Origin: Amphiscolops sp. MND2022
Taxonomy: Eukaryota
Reading direction: 5' to 3'
NCBI GenBank assembly: GCA_964187785.1
Contig: OZ076409.1
Location: 62,250,001-62,314,000, forward strand
DNA length: 64,000 nt
Shown: in pieces, positions 38,257 to 49,006 of the stretch
Numbering within the stretch: the first letter of the stretch is position 1
Layout of the letters: every line of letters begins with the position of its first letter
The notes under the pieces: generated by a model
Told to the model about the DNA's origin: nothing
The model's database searches: none
Seen by the model: the letters and a program-made list of their open reading frames with translations, nothing else
Made by a program: the position numbers and the translations under genes

Positions 38257-39396
38257 CCCCAGTCGAACATCCATACATCTTCTGCAAGAATCTGTCAGAT
38301 TTCACTTCCAAGAGCTTGAAAGACAATGCATCATCCTTGGAGTTATCTTGGAAGGTCTTGGAAGATAATGTCTGATCTTGCAAGAACTTGCAAGAAATGT
38401 GTGAATCTTGAAAGTAACTTGGAAGAAAAAGCCTGATCTAGGAAGTAACTTCGGAGAAAATGTCTTATATTGGAAGTAACTTGGAAGAAAAAGCCGGAAT
38501 TTTAGAAGTAACTTAGAAGAAACTGCCTGAATTTTGTAAGTAACTTGAAAAAAACTGCCTGAATTTCAGACGTAACTTGGAAAAAAAATGCCTGAAACTT
38601 GAAAATAAATTGGAAAAAAAGCTTGAAATTTTCCAATTGAAAGATTTTTACAGCATCAGCAAATCAAATAGAGATAAAGATAAACTAAATATGTTCGAAG
38701 ATTACAGCATAAGAGTTTGTTCGACATATGGGATTCAAGATTGCTGCTGTCGAGTGGACCGAACGTCCAAATCTTGACGACTTAATCTTGAGGTAGTCTG
38801 CTGCTTCCGTCTTTATGGCAATAAGGTTACCTTCTGTGCTGCACCTATAATATAGCAGTAGCAGAAATTGTTTACACCTGTATATTTTCTGGTTGCACTG
38901 ACGTATTTTTCATCTCACTGTGCATGTACACTTGAGTAGTTCCCTCATCAAGATCATCGCAAGTTAGGACACCGCCAAAGCGGCTGTCCTACGTCAGCAT
39001 CGTGGCAAACCTGCAGCTCCCAAAACCGGTAGTTCTAAAAGAAACAAATCATATTTCAACACCTTCAGTCACATTTAAGTCAGCGCGACTCCATATACGA
39101 GATATTTACATTCATTTTGAACATATTTTAGGTTTAAAATTGAAAAAACAATCTTGATGTTTTCCGTACATTCCAGACATTTTCTTGCTGAATACCTCTC
39201 AATTTTCAAACATTGTCTTGCAAGATCCGCCCAGAATCTTGCAAGAATTGTCTGAATCTGCAAGAAATGTCTGACCTGCCAGTATCTGACAGGTTTGTCT
39301 GAAACGTATGATACTTGCAGGATTCTTGCAGATAGTGTCTGATATGTACCGCTTCTGGAAGATTCTTGCAAGAAATATATGGCAGATTGACTGGGG
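38257..39396. mobile_element. TIR element/MITE with degenerate ~30-bp subterminal repeats rich in TCTTGCAAGA/CTTGGAAG
   Basis: CCCCAGTCGAACATCCATACATCTTCTGCAAGAATC vs inverted GATTCTTGCAAGAAATATATGGCAGATTGACTGGGG. Confidence 0.6.
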
Positions 39397-39779
39397 TTAA
39401 CATTATTCTTCTCCAACAAACAAATCGAACGAACTCAGTCAAGTCAAGGTTTCTTGGACTGTTGCAGGCATGTGGTGAGAAACCTTTTGATTTCTTCGAG
39501 CAAAATAGCCATGTTCGAATCAAAGTTTTTCGAATCGGGAGAATCGAAAATTAAAGTTCTTCGACTACTTCAACTATGAACATACACGTTCAAAAAATTA
39601 GGTTTTTTATTTGTCGCATATTTTATCCTTTTTCTAACGCAAAACAACCAATTCCTCTCAAAGTTAGTGGATTTACCTTGAGAACAGGTTCTTCGTCGAT
39701 CCATGGTTGATGTGACAAATGCAATATTTGTTTGAGCCTATGCGCAATAATATGTGATGGAACAGCGTGGAGGGAAACA

Positions 39780-40697
39780 ATCAGGACCCATTGGGATTTA
39801 TTAACATACATTCTGTTGCAAAATATTTTAAAAACTGGAGGGGGGACCCTTTTGAGACATTAAAAAATTTTCAATGTAAGACGCACAGGGCCGAAAAAAA
39901 ATGGAAAGAGGGGACCCTTTCGTCTCATCCGGTTTTTTAGGTTACGTTAAAAAAGTCAAAAATGAAAATTTGCACTAAACTTGCCTTGGCTGGACTTGGC
40001 CTGAATAGTTTTAGTAGTTTCTGTAAAAAGTGGACCGACCAGTGTGAGTTCTGTGGTCTGAAGAAACAAGACGAGAACGTCTAAAGTCGGCGCCATATCT
40101 AAGGCTCAAAATGCGCAAAAGTTTTTTGGAAAAAAACTTGAAATTTTTGAAATTTTTTTTTCTTTCGAAAAATGTCGCGTAGTGCCGAAAAATGTAAAAG
40201 GGGGACCCTTCTGGATTTACTAACATAAATTCCGTTGCAAAATATCAAAAAACTCGAAGGGGGACCCTTTGGGGACATTAAAATTTTTTCGCAAAAAAAG
40301 TCACACAGTGCCGAAAAAAATCCAAAGGGGACCCTTTAGGCACGTCTGGTTTTGTAGGTTTCCTTGAAAAAGTAAAAAATGAAAGGGAGGACCCTTTGGA
40401 CCAAGTTTGCCTTGGCGGGACTTGGCCTTAGGTGGTTTGGTGGTTTCAGGATTGTTTCTAAAAAATTGACCGATCAGTGTGAGGATTGTAGTCTGAAGAA
40501 AAAACAAGACGAGAACGTCTAAAGTCGACGCTATATCTAAGGCTCAAAAAGCGCAAAACTTTCTTGCAAAAAACTTGAAATTTTCGAAAAAAATTGTTTT
40601 CTTTCGAAAATGTCGCATAGTGTCGAAAAATGTAAAAGGGGACCCTTCTGGATTTACTAACATAAATTCCGTTGCAAAATATCAAAAAACTCGAAGG
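39780..40697 (-). mobile_element. Three head-to-tail Helentron-type copies
   Basis: Family 3' end (AACAAGACGAGAACGTCTAAAGTCG) begins at ~40065 and ~40503, each directly after GTCTGAAGA(A)n of the neighbouring copy. Confidence 0.75.
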
Positions 40698-42025
40698 CGT
40701 ACGAAAGCATAATTCCGAACATTCGCTCGCTTCATCTCAATGACGTCAACGTACAAATGCATAATTACCACTAGCTTGTTCTATCGCATGAGAATTGAAT
40801 TGTCGTCGTCAGCTTGAGAAATTTAATTCTCACGCTTATGGTCACTGCCGAACAAAATATCTGAATTTTTCAGTATCGCGACGAAAATTTTACTGAAAAA
40901 CATCTGGCATCTTGAGGTTTCAATCACATTCCTGCTATTTCAGAAATAATAATAAATACACTTGTCCGTATACATCTCTGTGACGACTCTTAGTGCGTGG
41001 AAACTTCAGTTCGTCAAACATTCATAGCGGCTAAATCATGGTAGAACGTTCAGTAAATACTGCGCTTCATTTGTCACGTTACCGAAATTCGATCCAATGA
41101 GCCAAATAAATTACAGGAAAATGAAGACAGCACAAGAGCGAGTGACATTTCTGATCTTATAAAATTTTGAATATTGAGAAAACTGCGATAGTTTACAAAA
41201 CAAAAATACCATTAACTAAATGATGTTTTGACCACCATTGATTCGCATATCATGAACCACAAGGTTGCGCCGCTTCTGTTACACAATGAATGACGAGAAT
41301 TTAAAAATTTTTCGACGATACTTTGACCACATTCATTTCTCAGAAGGGTATTTAGTTAGCACAACGGTGTTTCCGTAATAGGGTTATAAAAAACCACAAA
41401 ATGTACTTCAGGCGCTTCAAGAAATGTGTAAGCTCTATGTGTGGTTAAAAAATTATTGATGAAAAAAAAGATATTACCAACAGATCTCAGACATATTGAA
41501 GCAGTTTATGATAATGACCAAGTCCATTGTTTGACAGTACATTCCAAAGTATCAAGGCAGTTCCAATACAACGGCTGTAGTATGGGTATTTGAGAGATAA
41601 TACATATAATTCAAAATTGTCTATTCACTCTACTCTGACTCATCGGCCAATAAAAAGCACACTTGATTTTAAAATCTAGAGAAATGTTATCAGTCCTAGA
41701 GAAAAAAGAACAAGGAATGATCAACGCAAAAAAAGACATGCGGACGACGCGCGACGACAAAGATTTTGTTAGATTACCAAGAGGAAGAGAAGTTTCTAAA
41801 TAATAATAGTCACATTCGAAACATAAGAAATCACATGCGGGAAATACCCGAAGTTTATTGATGTTCTGGGACACCATTGACACCATGAGTCTTGTATATG
41901 GCTGTTGTGGACTGTTTTCCTAATTGCCATGTGTTGATATGTAATGATGTTTTCTATTGATTTTGTTGTGATCACTGATTTTTCGACACTTTGAGTAGCA
42001 TGAATACTTCCGACGCTCTGAATAG

Positions 42026-43928
42026 TGTCACAACCCGGTCCCGGCTTGGGATGCTCCTGCAGGCGAGTGGCGATCGGAAGAGGGCACGGATGCAACATGT
42101 ATATTTGTCGTCAGTAAGACACAGACAAGATTTTAAGGCATACGAATTAACATCACTGACTCGTCTATGCGTACTAGAGAACCATTCCAATTAACCGCCT
42201 ATACTAATGGCATCATTAGAAATCATTCCAATTTTCCGCCAATAAGACGTCACAGCGATGGTAGACAACTGATTTTCATTCTAAATTTACGTCCACGCTA
42301 CGTCCACTATACTGGTAGACTAAAGCTAATACTAATACGTCGTCCACGTTAGGTCCAAAATCCATCAAAATAACCGCTTTGATCCAACTAGAATGATGAA
42401 GTAAACGCTGTTTTAATGGTTTAGGCTTAGGAGCATCATGCAGTTATAGATTCAATCAAAAGTAGGATAAGAGGGAAAGACATTCGAGATAACGTTTTAA
42501 CTGTCGTCAAATAAATCTCCAACTTAGATATTATTATTACGATTTAGTTTGAGTGAAACTTTTCCGCATCATTCAAGATAGCAGTCACAATTTATTCTAA
42601 AGGACACTTCAAAAAAGTGTATTTTGTAATACCCGATGTAAACTCCTGGAACTATTTCATACAAACAAATGTCGGCTTGACGTCCCAAAGAAATTCAATG
42701 CTTTAATATTCTGGAATTGGAACCATATTTTTATAGTGCTGCATTTGTATCGTTTTGATACGCCTTTATCTAGTGTTGTTGTGATCACATATTCGGGATT
42801 GTAACCAAGTGTATTATCGCTTGGAATTGCTGTTACTGTTCAACGTTTTTGTTGAAGTTGACCTAATTCGACGTTATCAATAAGTTTGACTATGATTGTA
42901 CCTATTTAGAAAGAGGGTCTATGCGTGCCAATTTATATAATTAAAGTACAGTTAACGAAAGTCTGATACTTTTTACTCTCCTAGCATCATCAAATTGTCT
43001 AAATCAGGATTATTAGTCATAATTTCGCAAGTTGAAATTCAAAATCAGGTATTAGTTGTTCACGTCAGCGTTATCTCCGCGTCAATTTTCCTACGAACCA
43101 AAGCAGAAAAACAGGGAAACATTTCCGGTTTGAGAAACTGAAGTAATATCTACTTCCTGCTTGGGAGGAAGCAAAAGGACGCCGGAATGAAATGATATGA
43201 TCATGGTTGATGACTAATACTAGAATAAAATTACCGTGTCTTAAAATTTGACAAAATGTCGAGGCAAATTTCGGATCATAATGATTTTTTCACCGGGAAA
43301 ACAGGAAATGACTTATTGTTTGAAAGAAATTAGGATTATAGTCGTGATCAAATGATGCTAGGAGGGTATGAAAAAGGGTGCATTTTGATGATTAAGGGGC
43401 TCAGTCTTTTTTAATTGCAGATACCAGTTGCTCCCAACTTGTTTGTCTCAATTCACCTCATTCAATTTTGTTGAAAAATCTTCAAAAGATAAAATGAATT
43501 CATCCCAACCAAATCTTTCTTCATCAAAATGTCAACTACAAGGAGCCAAAAGAGAAAGAATATCCACCAAGAGGCTAATGAAAATGTAAGTAATGGTTTT
43601 GTTTCACCAGTGATAGTGGAAAATTCATGTCCTATAGACCAGTACGTATGTGTTGCGGGATCGTCTAAACCAAAATCCCCCAGGATCGAAGGTAGTTTCT
43701 TAGAAAGTTTGAGGGCTTCTTTAAAAGAAGAGCTTACTTCCAAAATCAAGAATCTTCTTAGAGAGTCCCAGAAAGAAATGCTAAGGCCTCTTAAACCTGA
43801 AACAAGAGAAAACATAAGAGAAAATGTCGAAGAAGAAACGGAGAATGAAACGAGGAGTTTCTACACTCCTACGAAATCCGTTAGAATTAATTCTACCCAT
43901 AACAACGACCCGTGTAGTAGTCGTAACA
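42026..43928 (+). mobile_element. Solo LTR (1.9 kb) containing a gag-like 5' ORF
   Basis: TGTCAC...GTAACA termini, exact 5-bp TSD AATAG (42021-25, 43929-33). ORF 43529 (MSTTRSQKRK..., 133 codons) is open right up to the LTR end. Confidence 0.85.
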
Positions 43929-44751
43929 AATAGCTCACTGTTTTTTACGCCGATATGAAACTTTTGCAAATTGAAGCGTCTTCTCAAATTTGATTGCGCG
44001 AAGAGTGCTGTTTCAATTCGTAAAAATTACAACATTCTCGAAAAATAGGAATAAAAAACAACATCACAAATCAAAAGATGACAAATAACAAACACACCAG
44101 TCATTTACGGCCACATTCAAACCTCATGATGTTTCAAAAGCCCATAAATGTTCGGGAACTTCTCGCAAATTAATTTTATTTGTGGCCAATGCACCTTGGT
44201 TCAAACCCGAAATTGCGCTTCGTCTACTTATTTGTAATGTCCCAATTATAAAATTGACTTTTGCCTCTGAGCCTCGGCGCTGGAGTCATCTTATGGCAAC
44301 TCCAACTTTCGGTCATATTTCCCATTTTGTTGTTTCACTTGAAATTCCAGCCCTCACAAATGTTTGTTGTTTGAGCTTAGTGAAATAATTGATTAGGGTT
44401 ACTATAACCGCGTTGCAATTTTGATCGATTCGTATCGTAGGCTGTGAATTCCACTATTCACTGTTCGATTAGGTCTGGGGCAAACCTTGCACGGCATAAA
44501 GTTTTCTGAACAATTTTTGAACGATTGGGAATTCGGCTTGAATTTGAGATGCGTAATTCGTTCAATCTGCCCTCCGGGAACGTAAAGACACGAGGATTTG
44601 GTACACCATTAAAATACCAAATTTCACCTGCAAGTGGTAGAATGCTCTTGGACAGCTCACAATGTAGAACTTGACACTTGATAATTGTTTCAAGATGCTA
44701 ATCCCTTGCAAAACCTACAACTCCTTCCTCAGGAACGTTTTTCAACAGAAA

Positions 44752-45013
44752 TTGTTTATATTTGATTGTGTGAGCCCATCTTCCCTCACTTAGAATTTTG
44801 CTTCCATTACTACCTGGCACTGGTGGCATTTCTCCGGTTCTCGTTCGATAAAGTCTGATTTTTTAAATCATTATGTCGGAATAGAATAAATATATTTATT
44901 CTATTCCGACATAATGATTTAAAAAATCAGACTTTATCGAACGAGAACCGGAGAAATGCCACCAGTGCCAGGTAGTAATGGAAGCAAAATTCTAAGTGAG
45001 GGAAGATGGGCTC
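44752..45013. repeat. Perfect loop-less palindrome (141-bp arms, centre 44892/44893); the last 20 bp of the right arm are displaced to 61132-61151
   Basis: Base-by-base reverse complementarity around AATAAATA|TATTTATT; continues ACACAATCAAATATAAACAA after the retroelement. Confidence 0.92.
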
Positions 45014-46571
45014 TGTGATAATCCTCTAAGGACTCTGCGTCTGATTCTTCATCTGAGTGTATTGTTACGTCTACATCTGACTCGTATAAAGGTTTAGCAG
45101 GATGTTTTAATTCTTTCATTTTTGACGCTTTAAGAGGATATTCTTCGTTTTCTGAATCAGAGTTTTCATTGTTTGATGCGCGTGCTCCTATAGACTTGTT
45201 CACCTTGGATCCCGACGGTTGCATGTCTTGTATTTCATTCACTTCTGACCTGGGATTCGTTACGGTTGATGCACTTTTGTTTGATTTTATTTCTCTGAGA
45301 ATAGTTTCGAGCTTATTTTCCATTTCTTCGCGCATTTTCTCAATTCTGTCATTGTTTCTCTGTTCAAATATCTGGGTCCAAGCTTGGATCTCAGTACTAA
45401 TCTGACTGGGCTCAATAGTTTGAACTCCTGAGGTATTTTCACCTAAACTTTCTTGTACAACAGTGTTAAAATTAGTCAAAGTCTCATTACCTGTATTAGG
45501 GGTTTCTACCTGAGTTCTCTCAACATCTCTATCGGGAGATGGTGTTTCAAGTCTTCTAGATCTTCGATTTCTTCTATTTCCCATTGTTTTTCTCAATTGA
45601 AAAGTTGTTATGTTTGCCGGGGAAGAATTTGAATTACGAAGTTGAACAGATATTCAGTTGAACAAAGAATTCAACAAAAGTCGAAGAATACTGCATTTAC
45701 AGCAATTGATCAAAATGAAGTGACTGATTTCAATGAAGGATTCTTTTGTTTTGTTTTTATATCCCAGCACTTTTCCTCAAAAGTTTTTAAAACATGACAC
45801 TCATAATTTTGTCCATCATCATCAACAAAATTATAAAAAACCTGACGTCAAGTGACGTAATTCTATTTATAACCAAAATATATTCGTTGCATGACATCCA
45901 ATATTCGAATGCTGAAAGGACGTTTAAAACCCTGGGAAACTGTAAATTCGCGTATGTTCATCATCAAAAATCCGCTTAATGACGCATAGGATTGTAGGGG
46001 TGAAAGTTACAGCACAATGAGATTAGAATGGAATGTTTTCGTGTGATGACGTATACTCATTCTGTATTTTCCGCATGTTGACGTGTAGTCTACGTATACA
46101 CAATTCATAGCACTTGTACAATAAGATTGATGTATGTCAGTATAATGCCGCATAGACAAACACACTCTACCGCATATTGACGTGTACACGTTTAGACTTT
46201 TACGTACAATACATCATATTTAGTGATTGGAATCAGCACATTAGAGCATAATCAGCAGTTTCTATCCACATGGTGACTCACTGATGATTATTTAAAGGCA
46301 TTTACATAATAATCATCACATTTCCATACATGACAAATCCTAATTACGACAAAATAACTCATCGATTTTCAAAGTAATTCAAGATGTAGTAATAAAATAA
46401 TTTACATGACTTGTTTGATGAACAATCAAAAACAGGTAGACAAACATTAAAGAGAGAGAGTTTGTTTAGTTTATGGGGTTTAGGTCGTTTACAGTTTACT
46501 TCTTCGGGTAGTACTCAGAGTTCTCTTTCAGGCTTGCACAACAGGTCCAGAACAACCTTGAGGCTGTGACA
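45014..46571 (-). repeat. 3' LTR (1558 bp)
   Basis: Direct repeat of 59554-61126 with scattered substitutions and one 15-nt in-frame indel (NEEYP vs NLKKKFKDYP). Confidence 0.95.
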
Positions 46572-47543
46572 GTCCCGCACCTTTGAAAGAGAACAGGGCT
46601 GCCTCAAAACCGTCTATGAATGCTCTAGATCTGACCCCGCGATCCCTAACTGTTTCAGCGTCGTAAGCAGTTGCTACAAGATATCTTCCCAGCGTTTCCA
46701 AAGCTTTGAGGTCGTAACACTTTCCACACCAGTCACAAAATCCAGCGACGTGGGGCATCACAGTAGGAATTAAGCGATACATTTGCCTCTCGTTCGAGGG
46801 CAATAAGAGCAGATTCGTACTGTGGCTAACTTGCAGTGGAAAGTTCGGTAAGGCTACCGGGTTCGTTCCGATGTTTTGTTGCATAGTGATAGGGTTCCCT
46901 TGGTGAGGTGGTATTTGAATCATCAAAGGAGCGTTATCGTATGTGGGCAAGTCATTTCGCATGCCATTTTGATTGTTATGCAAATCCTGCTGAGTTGAAC
47001 CTTCATGATGCCAAATTCGAAAATTTGTTGAATCGTTTGTGAAATTAGGGGGTATGTAGGAATGGGTCTATTAACGTTGATAGGTTGTCGATTGTCCGTT
47101 CTAGGGGTTGGTAGAATAGGTGCCGTTGGCCTCCCATAACTGTGTGTTTGCACACGGGTAGGTCTTTCAGATTCTGGCGGAGACATTGGGGAATCTTCAA
47201 ATTCAGTATCTATAAAAGATGTAGACGACAATTCCCTGCCGAAGTTATGTTCATCTATAACTTCCATGCGTTGGCGCTCAATGTTGGTTCCCGCTGTATC
47301 AATAGTTTCGTGTAGGCTAGCTTCTACTGACTGTGACGGGAACAAAGTCGCTGAGGCTGCCCCCATGAACGCTGTAATCGCATCTGTCCCAGGGCCGCCA
47401 ACTCTGAACCTTTCTTGTAGTACAGGTAAGTCACCAGGTTGGACCAAGAACTCTTCACCAGAGTCACTAGACACGTCGATGATCTCAGGGGACTCAATTG
47501 AAATCAGTGGGCTATCCTCGAGGGCAAATTGGAGGTTATTCAT
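46528..47543 (-). CDS. Accessory ORF of unknown function (~338 aa, one frameshift near 47000), ending inside the 3' LTR
   Basis: MNNLQFALEDSPLISIESPEIIDVSSDS.. (ATG 47543) joins ORF 46528-46983 with GFCDWCGKCY and RSRAFIDGFEAAL; stop is ~43 nt inside the LTR. Confidence 0.6.
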
Positions 47544-47645
47544 TTTCTTTATGGTGGTAGGTTGATTAGATTTCGATGTACAGGGCGTAATGTTTTTGAA
47601 AAGCTGAGGAGATTTGTGACGATTTAGTTTAAACAGAGTTACTGT

Positions 47646-48200
47646 TTCAGATGCTTTTAACAGACCATTCTGTGATTTTCTTTTCAGTTTCTTCCGTCTT
47701 CTCCACAATCCCGCGGAAAAGTTGAGTGTCATTCTTTTTGGGTTTCCCATATCCATAAATGGGATTCTCATCGATAGGGTTTTCATCATCGGTGAAAATC
47801 ACTAGTTTTGTATCAATTAATTGTAAACAAAATCTTCGTTTGCCGCCTTCACACTTCCTTTTGAAGTATTAATCGTCTCTATCAGATTATTTTTGTGGCG
47901 TTTGACCAATTTAAATGATACATAAACAAAATTTATATCCTTCTGAAAAAGAATGACTTTTACATGAATCATATCATCAAGCAAGGAGAGAAAATTAACA
48001 ACTTTATGAATGTATGGAAAATACATGACTTAAAAGTTTTTAAATGAACATAATTTCGAACGAGCTTATTTTCACACAAGGGTTCCCATCCCTTCTAGAA
48101 ATATGTATGTTTATTCGGTCAGTTTGTGTCCCGCACTTGAAAAGTGCGCTATTCCTTGTAGAAATTGTTAAGTCTTCGTCTTCATCAATATCGTCTCACA
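47646..48200 (-). pseudogene. Second, degraded accessory ORF
   Basis: Fragments DDIDEDEDLTISTRNSALFKCGTQ.., YFPYIHKVVNFLSLLDD.. and LIDTKLVIFTDDENPIDENPIYGYGKPK.. in successive frames. Confidence 0.35.
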
Positions 48201-49006
48201 TCTAACAATTTAGGTGAGAACTTCCATCAGCACAAAATGACTGTTACCGCAGCGGAAGTTTCCGCATTGTTAACCGTGAATTTCAGCCATTGTTTTACGT
48301 AATTAGATGTCTCGTTGTTTCGTGTGTAATGAAACATTCGCCAGCACTATGTACAGTAAGCCGCGTAATGCCGCATATGTAGTGGCGATCTTCAGTATTT
48401 GAATGTATATGTTGTAATTAATTTCCGCATAATGCCGCATAAGTGGTGGTGAACCTTTGTATGATACCGCATATGCTGCAGTAGATTTCCGTATAATGCC
48501 GTATGTGTAGTGGCTGAATGTCGTATGCTGCCGCATAATTTCTCCAATAAACCAGTAGTCTGGCGTACTGAACTAAAATTGCTCAATTTACTTTTGTCTC
48601 AACCATGCGAACATTGGTTACGTCATCGTCCATTCTGGCAGAAATGGACGACGATTTATTGACCAATCAGAATCGAGAATTTTCTACTTTTGAGCACAAA
48701 TTTCGTACTTATTTGCTTTTGCCTTTACCGTATACGCCACGCCTTCTGTCAATTTGAAATTCAATTGTGAAAATTTTCCATTGTCTTTATGAGTATTTGT
48801 AGTTCCAGTTACATCAGTCTATTCTAGTCAAGTTTCCTGTTTCGTTTTTTGTTCTTCCTTCCTTTCGTTACCCCGTGTATACCTTTTAATTGCTATTATT
48901 GCCATCCGTTGTTCAGATTTCCTTGTGGTGGGTTTACTTCCATCTGTTGTTTAAATTTTTTTGTGGTGGGTTTACTTCCAAAAGAGAAAGTTAGAGGCGA
49001 GGGAAA

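Noticed and set aside
44200..44750. MULE transposase remnant (TTNICEGWNFK on the minus strand); also weak hints at 61260-61590 and 63300-64000
   Set aside because: A single short motif in stop-riddled frames; not enough to call without a profile search.
44934..45596. 220-aa ORF as an independent gene
   Set aside because: It is the LTR copy of the gag N-terminus running out into flanking palindrome sequence.
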